A stretch of DNA of 63,821 nt, the filler included, from Octopus bimaculoides (taxonomy: Eukaryota), in assembly GCF_001194135.2 (NCBI RefSeq). It is 5 parts of 5 records of this genome, joined end to end, with 100 filler letters (N's around TTAATTAATTAA, not from the genome) between each part and the next. Parts side by side here need not be neighbours in the genome. Positions count along the whole stretch, not along the records: positions 10,080 to 22,802 come from NC_068987.1; positions 22,903 to 41,597 come from NC_069007.1; 3 more parts are not named here. The stretch is one strand, 5' to 3'. The position numbers and the translations under genes are program-made. Position 1 is the first letter of the stretch. Each line of letters starts with the position of its first letter. The notes below the pieces were generated by a model. The model was given only the letters and a program-made list of their open reading frames with translations, made no database searches and had not been told where the DNA came from. Positions 10,245 to 23,748 of the stretch are shown one piece after another.

Positions 10245-11365
10245 CAGGGGCTGGATGAAATAATGGAAACACCTTAAAATTTCAAACAAATTTATTTTAA
10301 TATGGGGTTGGACCGTCTTTTGCAGTAATTACAGCTTGAATTCTACGAGGTATGAACTCGTACAAATTTTGAATTAATTCCAAAGGAATTTTTGTCCATT
10401 CTTCAGCTAAAGCAGTCTCTAGTTCCTGTGGTAGAGGATATCGACTCTTGTTTTCCAAAAATGGACCATATGTGTTCAACAATATTGTAATCTGGGGACT
10501 GTGGTGGCCAGATAAGGTGTTCAACTTCATTAGAATTTTCCTCATGCAATTCGGTAACAAGGTTAGCTGTGAGACGTGGTGCATTATCATCCTGAAAGAT
10601 TGCGTTTTCCTCCGAAAACAGTTCTGCAATTATAGGATGAATTTGATCAGATAAAATGCTTAAAAAGTCTTGACCGTTAATTCTGCCACGGAGGGAAATC
10701 ATTGGGCCGGCGGATTTCCAAGATATAGACCCCTCCCCGCCGATCATCAGAGATCCTCCTCCAGTGGGAAGAAGACAGTCTAAGTCAAATGCTTAGGCTG
10801 TCTCCACGCGTACATTCGGTCGCTTGTCGGAAATAAGGTAAAGGATGACTCATCCAAGAAAATAACATTCTCCTACTGCACTAGGGACCAATTCTGTAGA
10901 TTTGTACTCCACTTTGAACTCTTTGCAGCGTTTGTTTTTAAAAGTAGTTTTCTGCTTGCAGCTCTCCCGTGAAAACCGACTTTTTGCAGCTCCCGGCGAA
11001 CAGCTTTTATGGAAACTGGGTTCTCGAGGTGGTCATTTGCGATCCTTTCTAACAATTCGTGTAAGAGTCCGATGGTCCCTATCTGGAAAGGTTTGGTTTT
11101 TCTTCCGGATTTTTGTTTCGATGAGGAGATTTTTTCCCTCTTTCTCAAAGGCTGTCATCACTTTCGAGTCAGTACTTCTTTATACGCCAAACATTTCGGC
11201 TGTTTTCATTACGCTAGCGCCTTCCATTCGAATACCATCCATTTGACCATTTTTTGTGCGTAAAATATAGAATTTCATAAAATTATAAAGTATGGCAAGT
11301 GTATAATTATCCATCTTTAGTTAATAGAATCATAGTCGAAATGCAGTTCCCAATATTTCATTAAA
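10245..11365 (-). mobile_element. degenerate Tc1-type (DD34E) transposon
   Basis: Terminus TA|CAGGGGCTGGATGAAATAATGGAAACACC at 10245; FQDDNAPRLT..WPPQSPDYNIVEHIW; KKTWKNRPQEL-like end YPLPQELETALAEEWTKIPLELIQNLYEFIPRRIQAVITAKDGPTPY; HTH remnants at 10900-11250. The other TIR is only weakly visible near 11345-11365. Confidence 0.85.
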
Positions 11366-12225
11366 AAGAAAATTATTTTTCAAGGCCTACTAAAAGATAT
11401 GTGTACCTAAGACTCAATGGCTCTACCAATTTTAACATACATACAGGAAATATGAATGAGGCAAGACAAAGTTTTCCAGAGAACTAGTTCTATATTATTA
11501 ACTACTTACTATATCACCAACCAACAGTAGCTGATCATTAAATGAACAGATAGTATATACACGTTTTTATTTACGTCTTTTGAAGTCTACTATTATTGTT
11601 GATGTTGCTTCCTTTTCCATCTGCGATGTGACTGCGGCTAACAGGTTAGCTGTCATAGTACTACTTTTTAAAGCTAATATTTCAATATGAGGCAAATAGG
11701 AAAGGAGTATAAATGCATCGAATGCACCTTTATCCCAAACATCCATATAAAATTTTCTACCACCTACTTTGCGAAGCATTGCCCCATGCAATTATGACAT
11801 TTATATTTATATTAAAACCTCGTCAACACAACACGCCATTGAGATACCAAATAAAATAAATGAATTATTTGAATGTGATTTTGAAATAAATTTGGTGTCT
11901 ACCATGAGAATATAGATCCATTCAAAACTTGCGACGGTAGTTTGTCTGTTCGAAAACTATGAAATCAGTCTACGTTCATCGTCCTGGAAACTAGAATATA
12001 TACTAGTTTCGTGACAAAGACATCCTCATGGGATTGTCAAATATAGCATTGTATACTAAGAGTTGAGTCAATAAGTAATACAATTATAACATTGGATTCC
12101 CTGTAGAAATGCGCAGTTACAGATATAACTAAATTATCAATATTGATAAACTTCATTTGTATGTCAACTTTTTCCTTCTTCTGGATATGTATATATATAT
12201 GTATGTAAGCGTATATGTATTTAAG

Positions 12226-12277
<52 letters not shown>

Positions 12278-12287
12278 NNNNNNNNNN

Positions 12288-12336
<49 letters not shown>

Positions 12337-13334
12337 GAGAAGTTGCGATAGACACAAGTTTATATTTACTAGTTCCCAAGTATATTTCCTCATTGTGGTT
12401 GTCAGGAACTCGGCATTGGATTTTTCAATTGCAAGTAGATACTTGACCCCAATAGATCTGTAAAGAATATTATGTCTAAACAGAAATAATGTTAAGAGCC
12501 GGATGGATGGTGAGGCATTTTATTGCTAATTTGAGAAGGAAGTAGAAAGAATGTATATGATAAAGGATAATAAAGAAGGACTAGGAAACAAAGCGAACGG
12601 AAAGAAAAAAGCGGAATAAAAATACAAAAACAAGAACGAGAGAAAAAGATGAAAAAAAAGAGAGAGACACTTAAGAAGAATGGATAAAAGAATAAAGAAA
12701 AGAGTGCAAGGACCAAAGGAAGGAAAATTAAGTTGGACGACCATACAAGGGATAATCAAATCTAGTTAAACAACACGAGAGAATAAGTAACATGAATATA
12801 TAATACATAAATACACCCAAAGGATAAAAAAAGACGAAGAGAGAAAGATAGGAATGCATGGAGAGAAAATACATGAGAGAGAGAGAGAGGAAGGGTAACA
12901 GAAAATTAGGCCTCAGTAAATTATGTGTCAGTTAATGTATTGACGGAAACCAAAAGTGATTGTGAAAATGAATATAAAAACGCAAACATAAGGATGAGTT
13001 TGTCACGGCTTCACTCAGGCTAGGTATCAAAGGCCATTTCTTAAGTTTTGAAAGGAGTATTTCTAAACAGAGATACTTTTAGGTACAAAAGTATAGGTTC
13101 ATACAAGCAGAATCATAACCGTACACAGAAACTGTCAGAAAAAAAACAACACCGCACCACTACTACCACCACGAACAACACCTATAATAATAAATGCCCT
13201 GATACAGTGCCAGGCAGTGGCCCTCGTGCCTTTTGATCTTAACTGATTGGAAGTTACATTGTTTGGTCTTGGTATAAAAGATGGGCTATAGCAAATATAC
13301 TGCTCAATACCACAGATTTGCTTGTCAGTTTCTA

Positions 13335-13620
13335 TTAAATTAAATGGAGAACATGGTTAAAGTCATAAATACATGGGTAATGTTTGTAATGTGATGCGTT
13401 GCCCTTTCTGAATATTACAAAGATCTAACTGCAGACCTTGGATAGAAGAACCAGAAAGCTGCTCACGATACACAATGCACTGCATCGTAACAGTAATACC
13501 GACCGATTATATCCGCCACGAAAGGAAGGTAGGATTACTAAATGCGGAAGTCAATACTACGAAGCGGGATCTTAATTTTGTTGTGCAAAGTAAAGAAATA
13601 ATACATTCGGCAGTCAGAGA
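13335..13620 (+). mobile_element. R4/Dong-type LINE, RT C-terminal fragment
   Basis: KLNGENMVKVINTWV..LDRRTRKLLTIHNALHRNSNTDRLYPPRKEGR, similar to LDRKTRKLLTMHG.HHPKADVDRLYLPRKEGGRGL. Confidence 0.75.
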
Positions 13621-13973
13621 TCACAAAAAGTGACTGAAGCAGTAGGAGGATTCTAAGAGTAAAGGAAGAACGACAGTTTGTACAAATAGAAAGAAAAGTA
13701 GTTGCAAGGCCGGTTCATGCAACAAACCCCAACAATTGAAAGTGAAACCCTCTGGCTTTGGCTGCGGGAGGGTAACTTGTAATGCAAAACAGAACCGTTG
13801 AATATAGCCGCTCAGAAACATGCTATTAGAACAAACTTGATAATGCAAATATCGAGAAAACTCAGTGAGACAGCAAATGTCTCTCTCTTTCTTTCCCTCT
13901 CTCTCTCTGAGTCTGTTTGTCCGTCTAACTTCTGTCTGTATGTCTGTCTGTCTGTCCGTTTGTATATGAATAT

Positions 13974-15345
13974 ATATAAAACCAAGGAAGAGAGAACACA
14001 TTTCAAAGGTCAGGGTTCATATTTACTCAATATATTTCAAAGCGTCGGAATACTCAACAGTATACATATGTGCATCCATATACAAAAGATATAATATAAC
14101 TATTAATAAATATATAAATATATAAAAATACATGAATGTACTTGCGAGCTAGTATTTCCGTATTAAAATCAATGAGGGTATTAAAATATGCGAATGGTGA
14201 ATGTATGACAATAATCCAAACAGATGAGAAAGTTGATATAAAGTGACTTTCAAAGGAATGTGGAGCAGGTGCAAAGTCTAACGGCCGTTTCGAGAAAATA
14301 TAGGTTGGTATGGGCGAGTTAATTCCAACCATAGCAATCATCTATATTTCTCTCATCAGAATTCATCTAAAGGATTTATAAATGAGTTATTTAACATTTA
14401 AAGCTTTAATCAACATGAGAAATTTAAGAACTTTTAGAAAACGGATGCTCTGTCGTAACATACTGTTTAGGCGGACGATATGATAAGAGCTACAATTAAG
14501 TGTTTAAAAAGTTATGAAGCTCCAGATAATAGTGTTTTAAGATGAATCCAAATACATGAAGGGAAACTTGGTTAAAAGTATATAAACTAATTATTTTAGG
14601 AAAAAAAAATTGAAAGTTGATAAATATTTATGTCTACAAAGAATAATCACATCCGAGATCTTGTTAAGTAAAATGTTTTTCTTAGCATGAAGCTTATAGA
14701 TCGCTTGTTTTGTGCATAATTTACAGTTTCTAGTGTGTGTATTTTATGTTGTGGTTTCTGTTATAATAGACTAATCTAGACTAAATTCTTTACTGTGCAT
14801 TTTTAATATATTAATGTGGGTAGCTAGTGCAGTTGAATCTTTTGTTTCGTGATTAATAAATGAATTTGTGTGTGCCCTATACCTAGTTTCAAAAGCAGTC
14901 GTACTTCCATTGTATCTCTTTTATGTGATTTACTAAGCGTTGAAACCTTAACTTTGTATATGACATTTCTCCTTCAACAGAATGCCTTTAAGGGACATAA
15001 TTCCCGGTTACTTCGATTACATGTTTTATTTCCATGCTTCGTCTGTATATCTTTAATATCAAGATTCTTGTTCTTATTCTTCATATTAAGGTCAGCTACA
15101 TTGTCATCTTTATCAATACTGTTATTTTTAAGTGTAAATTTATTGTTGGCCGCAGTTATAGATCCNNNNNNNNNNGGTTGAGTATGATTGTTTAAGGCAG
15201 GACCTATTAAAGATGGAATGATATTCATGGACTAAAGAAAAATTCCTGTCAATAATCCTAAAAAATAATTTAGAACGGTTTCTGACATGGAGGGAAAAAA
15301 GAGGAGCTAACCAGATAATTTCCCGTTTCCACATCGAGTTGTTCC
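13974..15345 (-). mobile_element. Penelope-like element (linker, GIY-YIG, 3'UTR), left arm of an inverted pair
   Basis: KREIIWLAPLFSLHVRNRSKLFFRIIDRNFSLVHEYHSIFNRSCLKQSYS, NKTCNRSNRELCPLKAFC, NVIYKVKVS; 13974-14935 is the reverse complement of about 15770-16712. Confidence 0.88.
14272..14364 (-). ncRNA. minimal type I hammerhead motif (GUU triplet)
   Basis: Minus strand: CTGATGA-GAGAAATATAG..CTATATTTTCTC-GAAAC-GGCC-GTT. Stem I is weak. Confidence 0.7.
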
Positions 15346-15429
15346 TACTCTGCCCAGTAGAGTTATCATTACTATAATTAAATTATTTATAGTATCTTTT
15401 GTTATGTTGTTGGTTCTTATGCTCGAGTG

Positions 15430-16712
15430 TGTTGTTCATGGGGAGTTTTTCGATGTTTCATTTCGCAATATTTGGGAAAACATTTACCTAATTTATCTTT
15501 GAATATTGTATTCTTAATATATCATCCTATTGAATCTACTGTCCTTGAATTAAATGTAGATAATGTCTTATTTAACACTTACCAAAAGCCTAATAAAACC
15601 ATTAAGTTTATCCACGTCTTATCAAATCCTCCCCAAGTGTTATTAATGAGGATATAAAAGCGTTATTAAAAGTGTGTCGATAAGAATATCTAACTCATTT
15701 GGAAACAAAAAGATTTTTTAAATAAATTTACACCCTTTTATTAAACAGAATTGAAAGACATTGGTTTCTGTTTAAGGAGAAATGTGATATATAAAGTTGA
15801 GGTTTCAGCCCTTAGTAAATCAAAAAAGATTTACATAAGAAGTAAGACTGATTTTAAGACTAGATATATGGCACACACAAATTCCTTTAATAATCAAGAA
15901 ACAAAAACTTCAACTGCACTAGGTACCCACATTAATAAATTAAAAATTCACAATAAAGAATTTAGTCTAGATTGGTCTACTTTAACGAAAAGCACACTAT
16001 GCAATACACACACAAGAAACTGTAAATTATTCACAAAAGAAACGACAAAAACATTTTACTTAACTAGATTAGGGATGTCATAATTCCTTGTAGACATAAA
16101 TATTTATCAACTTTTAATTTTTTTTCCCAAAAATAATTAGTTTATATGCTTTTAACCAATTTTCCCTTCATGTATTTGGATTCAGTTTCATAATGTTTTT
16201 AAACACTTAATTTTAGCTCTTATCATATTCATCCGCTTGAGCAGTATGTTCCGACAGAGCATTCGCTTTCTAAAAATTCTTAAATTTCTCATGTTGATTA
16301 AAGCTTTAAATGATAAATAACTCATTTATAAATTCTTTAGATGAACTCTGATGAGAGAAATATAGATGATTGCTATGGTTGTAATTAACTCGTCCATGCC
16401 AACCTATATTTTCTCGAAACGGCCGTCAGACTTTGTACCTACTCAAGTTTCCTTGCAAAACCATTTTATACCGACTTTCTCATGTATTTGGTTTACCGCT
16501 ATACATTCCCCATTCGCATATTTTAATAACCTCATTGATTATAATACGGACAGACAAGCTCGGAAGAACATTTATGCATTTTTATATATGTACATATTAA
16601 AAATATTTATGTTATATCTTGTACATATATGAATGCACATATGTATGCTGTAGAGTATTCCGACGCTTTGAAATATATTGAAATTTATTCTCTCTTTATT
16701 GGTTTTATATTC
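15430..16712 (+). mobile_element. Penelope-like element (RT end/thumb, GIY-YIG, 3'UTR), right arm of an inverted pair
   Basis: TYQKPNKTIKFIHVLSNPP (RT thumb, KPN..YI..SNHPP); NVIYKVEVS..KIYIRSKTDFKTRYMAHTNSFNNQETKTSTALGTHINKLK..LDWSTL..RNCKLFTKE. Confidence 0.88.
16343..16435 (+). ncRNA. minimal type I hammerhead motif (GUC triplet, palindromic GGCC loop III)
   Basis: CTGATGA (16348-16354); stem II GAGAAATATAG/CTATATTTTCTC; GAAAC (16416-16420), GGCC, GTC (16425-16427). Stem I is short and bulged (GAACT vs AGACTTT). Confidence 0.78.
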
Positions 16713-17396
16713 CTGAGGCACTATTAAAGCGCTAATTAGTTGTGCTGTGTATGAAGGATTATTGTCTCATTTATTTCTTCATTTTATACACACACACACA
16801 TACACACATACACACACACACACATACACACACACACACACACACGCACCCACACATTTTTATATATATATATCTGTAAAAATATGTGACACTCATTCAG
16901 TATCCGAGCTTCGGATGCCAGGTGGTAGCACACTGCAATATCTCTTCAGTTATCGTCAGGAATTTTACAAATAAATTCCTCTATTTGCATAATATCGAGG
17001 TCTCTTTCTTTTGATGTCCTCCCTATAATATATATATATATATATNNNNNNNNNNNNNNNNNNNNNNNNNNNNNNNNNNNNNNNNNNNNNNNNNNNNNNN
17101 NNNNNNNNNNNNNNNNNNNNNNNNNNNNNNNNNNNNNNNNNNNNNNNNNNNNNNNNNNNNNNNNNNNNNNNNNNNNNNNNNNNNNNNNNNNNNNNNNNNN
17201 NNNNNNNNNNNNNNNNNNNNNNNNNNNNNNNNNNNNNNNNNNNNNNNNNNNNNNNNNNNNNNNTATATATATATATGTATACGAGTCAGTGGATAGACAA
17301 AATAAAATAAGGGTATTGAACAAATTTATTGGGAGTTACATGTATAAATCAAAACAGATTGATGTAAAATTGTTGGTACTCTTCAGTTTCAAGATG

Positions 17397-17638
17397 CTGG
17401 GCTTCAGCCATTTTGATTTTGAACGATTGAAGTTGATTGTTATTACCGTAAGATGGGCCTCGAATGGTCTAGGAGGGTCTCGTGTTGTTGTGGTTCGGTG
17501 TTCGTATTTATGTTGTTATTGATGTAGATTTATACCAACACCAACCCACGGTACTACGTGACCTCGACAAATTGCAGCCCACCTTACGATAATAACAATC
17601 GGTTTCTGTCATTCAAATTTAAAATGGCTGAAACTCAG
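17397..17638. mobile_element. fold-back MITE-like element
   Basis: Arms of about 105 bp (CTGGGCTTCAGCCATTTTGATTTTGAA..TTGTTATTACCGTAAGATGGGC..GGTGTT and its diverged reverse complement ending AAAATGGCTGAAACTCAG) around a spacer of about 35 bp. Confidence 0.7.
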
Positions 17639-17699
17639 GACTACCAACGAATATGAATCAAACCACTTTGATCCATATATATATATGTTTAGTTTATCT

Positions 17700-17942
17700 T
17701 TTCCTTGTTTCATTCATTACATTACTGTCATACTACTTCACCGCTTAGTCGAATGAATGATTCGATGTAAGTACATAGACTTTAAGCCTGTTGCTTATTT
17801 ATATGGTTGTCCTTTACCGAACTGCTAGTTTACGGGAACATGAACACGCCAACGCTAGTTGTGAAGCGCTGGTGGCGGACAAATACAGACACAAACATAA
17901 ACATACATGTGTATATATATATGTGGTTGTATGTGTGCGTGC

Positions 17943-17974
<32 letters not shown>

Positions 17975-18128
17975 ACAACAGGTTTCTTTCAGATTCTATC
18001 CACCAATTCGTCTCACAAGAGTATGGTGGCCCCAGGCTGTAGCAGAAAACATTTGCCGAATATGCAAAGCAGGGAGACCTAACCGGGAACCATTTGGCTC
18101 GGAAGCAAGCTTCTTACTACAGAGCCAC
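17700..18128 (-). mobile_element. diverged full-length copy of the dominant tRNA-derived SINE, with internal (GT)n
   Basis: Same head-microsatellite-tail order as 36300-36800 and 52795-53170. Confidence 0.7.
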
Positions 18129-18151
18129 GTCTACGCACGCACAGACACGCA

Positions 18152-18195
<44 letters not shown>

Positions 18196-18591
18196 TAAAC
18201 ACACATACACACACTCATACATGTATATACACACACGCAAAATTTTAGTGAATGTTTTGTGTATATGTGCTGAGTACTTATCACGCAACGTTATAGTAAT
18301 CTCTGCTTCAATTCTTTTTCCTGTTACGCTTAATTTATCTTCCTTACAATCTTATAATTCATGTTTTTCTGGTGTTGCAGGAGTCGAAAGGCTATATGAA
18401 AAGAAGTCAGTTCAGTATTATGGAGAATTTTCTCTCCATTCTTTAAAACTAACAGATATGTTTATCTATCTATGTCTCTCTCTCTCTCTATCTATCTAAG
18501 TATATGTATATGTTTGTGTGTACATGTGTATTTTTTGTGTGAGCGTCACATATATAAAAGTATGTCCATATATCACATGCATATGTGTGTG

Positions 18592-18629
<38 letters not shown>

Positions 18630-19963
18630 CATGAATCTATACACACATTGACATTGACACACAGGTTCTCGTATGTTCCATATGTGTATGCTGTGTGCTT
18701 ATTAGTGTATGCCTATGCGTATATAAAGTCATGCTCTTGCTTTTTGTTTTTATATGCTATTTTTACATGTCTGTATATTCTCCATATTCTATACGGTGAG
18801 TGCAAGAGTTTTTAGTAGATTAGTTATTTCGAAATACCATTGAATTCATGATTTATGACGCCATATTTTTGCAATTCGCTTTTAAGAAAATGAATTAGAA
18901 TTTGATGTCTCCTTCCCGTAGGAAACCAGAATATATTTCATATTGCTAATGGAATGCAGCGATTTATGGAAATAATCACACATCAATGCATATTATTATT
19001 TGCCAGTGTTTGGAAAATATTTAATTTAGTGTTGAGGCTAATATTTTAATTTTCTCTCCCGAGAAAAATCGTATCGATATAGATAATGGAAGGAGAATTT
19101 GTTTAATTATTATATAACAAGTACAACATTCGAAAGTCCTGAGAATAGTTGAAACTTATGTTATAAAGGCAACTTAAAATTAAAACCTAAAGGAATAATT
19201 ATATTTTAGTCATAAGCATTAATATATCGCATCAGTGTTTATAATCGATTTGATTACGTTTCAAGGAGATATAAAGTTCAATATAATTATACTATAATTT
19301 TAAGGGAAATTTATGAAGCGACTCGGACTACATTGTCGATACTACATTATGAACATCAGACATTGATATGAAAATTAAGTATATAAATGCAACAGTAAAA
19401 TTCGTGCATACACACACATTTCTTCCTTCCCATCCCTTGGTTGTCGTTGTTGGAGCATTCGTTGATAACCTCACCACTTATTTTATCACCTATCTCGGTC
19501 GTCTGGCTTTCCATTCTTTGAGGTAAAACAAGGAGTCAACCGATCCTGTATGGGTTCTGATCTGGTTATTATCATCGTGTATGTATCATGCACAGGTTAG
19601 CTTGGTGGCGCTCGTTACTCTCCAAAGTGTAGCTATATCCGTATACCTCTTTTTAAGATAGGCTTCGGTGCTGAACCTTTGGCCATTGATCTTAGCAGGT
19701 TCCTGAGACCTAGCAGGTGATCCACTGGGAAGACTTACCTTGTTTAAACAGTTTATATAAAAGTGTTCGAAATAGGTAGTAAAATAAATTCATAATCATC
19801 TATAAGTTCATAAAAAATCATGCATGTATAGAAGCATATATACAGAAAAAAAATTGTAGACAGTATTTGATAGGAGAATGCGTATATTGATTAGTCAAAA
19901 CTTCATCAGAAATCATATCTAAGTATTTATATGCAATTTTAGCGGATGACCAACTGTATTTCT

Positions 19964-20530
19964 TCATCTGCAGTCTTGTAGGTATGTTTGGCAAGGATGG
20001 TTGCTATTTTTAGAAATAGTGTGGGAGTTTGGTTGGTGGGGTAAAGCATACAAATAGTTTGTGGAATCAAAAGGATTTTTTTTTTTTGTTTCTGGGCTAG
20101 TCTGCCATGGTTCAGTGTTTTTTGGAGTGGTGTTAGAGTTCAACACCGTCAAAAAATGTAGTCGCTCTAACTGCTTCCACCTCATTGAAGGAACAATATA
20201 TAAATTACAATCAGAACCCACTTTTGTTGTAAAAAGTAGCTTCACCTGCGCATCAAAAACTTTACTTTATGCCATTAAGTGTGAAGGGAGCCACAAAGAC
20301 TACACAGGGCTGACTATTCTTACCCTTAGATTTAGGATGCCAGTCTATTGCCAATAATTGAGGAATCTCCCCCAAGACAGATACTACTTATTGGCACAAA
20401 ATAAGCCCCACCCCCCGCCAAATTCCTAGTTTTCCCACTGTACCAATGCCCAGACAGCACCACTGACCAAATACAGATAAATAAGGAAAATATCTTTATT
20501 CAAAAATACAGACCACAACTCAACATACTC
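19964..20530 (+). mobile_element. Penelope-like GIY-YIG endonuclease remnant
   Basis: VKKCSRSNCFHLIEG..FVVKSSFTCASKTLLYAIKCEGSHKDYTGLTILTLRFRM, ending NKENIFIQKYRPQLN. Confidence 0.8.
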
Positions 20531-21964
20531 TAACATCTAAAAGAATATACATGGACTGCCAACACAAAAACACAATGCACCTGCCTCCCCCCCCCCNNNN
20601 NNNNNNNNNNNNNNNNNNNNNNNNNNNNNNNNNNNNNNNNNNNNNNNNNNNNNNNNNNNNNNNNNNNNNNNNNNCCCCGAACAACATCCACATCAAACAC
20701 GCACAGAAGCACCCACGGATGTACGAACACACGCACAAAATCAATGCAACCACCCCAACCTACACACACGCGCATACATACACATAGGCGCAGACATACA
20801 CACAGGCGCAAACACAATATCCCCCCGCACGAGCACAAACGCGCACACATTCGAGTAACCACAGCCAACACTCGCAAACACACACATACCCACACACACA
20901 TACGCACACACACATACACACACACACCCACGCATACACAGATCCATACACAAACACACACAAATACAACACAACCCCCCGCACGTACATATATGAACAC
21001 ACACGTAAACACAAACAACCACAATAGGCCCATTCCCCAGTGAAAACACACACATTGAAAGAAAAAATACACACATATACACATAGACACACACACAAGC
21101 ACGTTACAGGCACACACACAATATCACACGCCACCCTGACAAATACAAGATACACTCACACAAACACACACACACACGTATATACACACTGCACAAATAA
21201 TACAAATAAGAGAAATAATACATCCAAACTATTGGGTGACTCTTTCCTCATAAGTATCCCGAAACCTCCTCACAGCTTTGACATTGTTATCATATTCTGT
21301 CTAATATATATATATATATATACATATGCATGCTTAGAAGACCCACATTAGACTTCTCAGTTGTATCATTATCGAACCAAATAAATGTTTAACTACGGTC
21401 TGACCATAGCACTTCTTAGCGTTACCATTGGGTCTTCTATATAACAATACCTCTCATGCCCTCCTTATATGTATGTGTGTAGGCATGTATGTATATATAT
21501 ATGTGTGTGTGTGTTTGTGCATGTGTAAATGCGCGTGTGTGCATTTGTGCGTGTGTATGTGCGTGTGTGTGTTAAAATGTGTGTGTGTTAAAATGTGTGT
21601 AATATAAGTATATCCACATATTTAGGTGTGGAGCACCGCCTTGAAGAACATTTGTTGTCGAATGAATCGATGCCAGTATTTATCTTTATGAGCCTTGTAC
21701 TATCGGTCTCCTTTTAATAAACCGCTATGGATCAAGGGCAAAAACAAACGAATAACTCTTGGTCAAGTGGACAGCGGGGACACACACACATACCTATAAA
21801 TACAAATATATTGATATAAAATATCTACATACATACAAACACACGCTTATAGAACGTAGGCTCGAAACGTAAAAGACTTTCTCACTTTGCCGAGCGTCAA
21901 ATTAATATCCTGCTTGTTGTTTATATACCTGTCTTCGTCTTTTGTTTTTCTGTAAATTTCAGCT

Positions 21965-22003
<39 letters not shown>

Positions 22004-22902
22004 NNNNNNNNNNNNNNNNNNNNNNNNNNNNNNNNNNNNNNNNNNNNNNNNNNNNNNNNNNNNNNNNNATATATAATTATATATATATATAGCGTTGTAC
22101 AGATACAGAAATAAAAAAGAAATTATATGCATGTGCACCAGCGTGACCCCAGCCCTGTGTTCAAACCAGTGAAAAATAGAAGATAAAAGATATATGAGTG
22201 CGCCTTTCTGAGTGTGTGTGTCTGTGTGTGTGGTGGGATGTGGGTTTGCGTGTGTGTGCGCAAACAGAAGAAATTTTATAAATCACAATGATCACAAATA
22301 CAAAATTGTAAATGAAATAGAAAATTCTACTGTATAATGCGTTGAGGAAATACGTAAAATGTAAGAAATCAATATTTCTTAATCTTACTTCGTATGTAAA
22401 ATTTTCGAAATAACTTGAAATGAAGAAATAACCTAGAATATGTAAACCATTCACATATACACACTATGGCAGCAAAACAGAAACACACACACACACGAAC
22501 ACACGCACACGCACACCAGTACACTCATCCCACAAACACCAGTACGGTCATTACGCACACACATGCAAACACAAGCAGGCTCATCACACAAACACATACA
22601 AATATTCGTACAGATCATATAAACAGAATATTTTGTTACTAAGAGATGTTTCAATGGTGTAAATTGTTATGAATTACTTGAATAGTAATGAAAGCCTCAG
22701 TTTAAATATACGTTTAAATAATGACTTTAATACATGCTATATTCGCCTTTACATTCTCATGAGTGTATGAAAAATATATATGCAATATATATATATATAT
22801 ATNNNNNNNNNNNNNNNNNNNNNNNNNNNNNNNNNNNNNNNNNNNNTTAATTAATTAANNNNNNNNNNNNNNNNNNNNNNNNNNNNNNNNNNNNNNNNNN
22901 NN

Positions 22903-22955
<53 letters not shown>

Positions 22956-23365
22956 TAGATAGATAGATAGACTTATCCATTTTTTCCGTGCGTTAGACTA
23001 ATACACCTGCTTGTTGTTCCCGTCTTCCATTTTCTGTAAATTTGAACCAGATCGATAGATAGATAGATCGATCGATCGATAGATAGATAGATAGATAGAT
23101 AGAAAAGTAGATGTATTGTGTAATTGCGGCTATGAATTTTATTACCCGCAAGTGTGTACAACACACACACACACACCAATATATCCCGCAATCTATCTAC
23201 CTACATACATACATACATACATACATACATACATACATACGTACGTACGTACGTATGTATATGCATACCTACATCCCCCTCGACTTCATATGTAAGTACG
23301 TATAGTTGTATACGTTTGTTGTACTGTTTAGTACAAGCAATAGTAGTCCTCCTGTCACCTCTACT

Positions 23366-23382
23366 ATGGCTGGCTGCTGCTG

Positions 23383-23414
<32 letters not shown>

Positions 23415-23641
23415 GTTGCTGCTGCTGCTGCTGCCGGTGCTGTTTGCTGTTGATGTTCAGAAATACTAATATAAAGCAAGGGAACGAAGGACTAAGAGAG
23501 CTCGAAGGTGATACGACGCCAAGGTGTGGCAGGTGACCGACAGAGGCCTGGCGTACAAGGTGAGGGGGGGGGGAAGCAGCAGTGGCAACAGAAGTAGCTG
23601 TGGTAGTAGTTGTACTAGTAGTAGTAGTAGTAGTAACAGTC

Positions 23642-23676
<35 letters not shown>

Positions 23677-23716
23677 GGTAGTAGTAGTGGTAGTTGTAGT
23701 GGTAGTAGTAACAGTC

Positions 23717-23748
<32 letters not shown>

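Noticed and set aside
18850-19000. TGATTTATGA / GATTTATGG Hox-Pbx-like sites
   Set aside because: Short motifs are expected by chance in AT-rich DNA, and there are no conservation data.
21845-21965. GGCTC-GAAAC block as a ribozyme half; related tails at about 22980-23040 and 63740-63821
   Set aside because: No CTGANGA half and no NUH triplet in register; only a dispersed repeat end can be supported.
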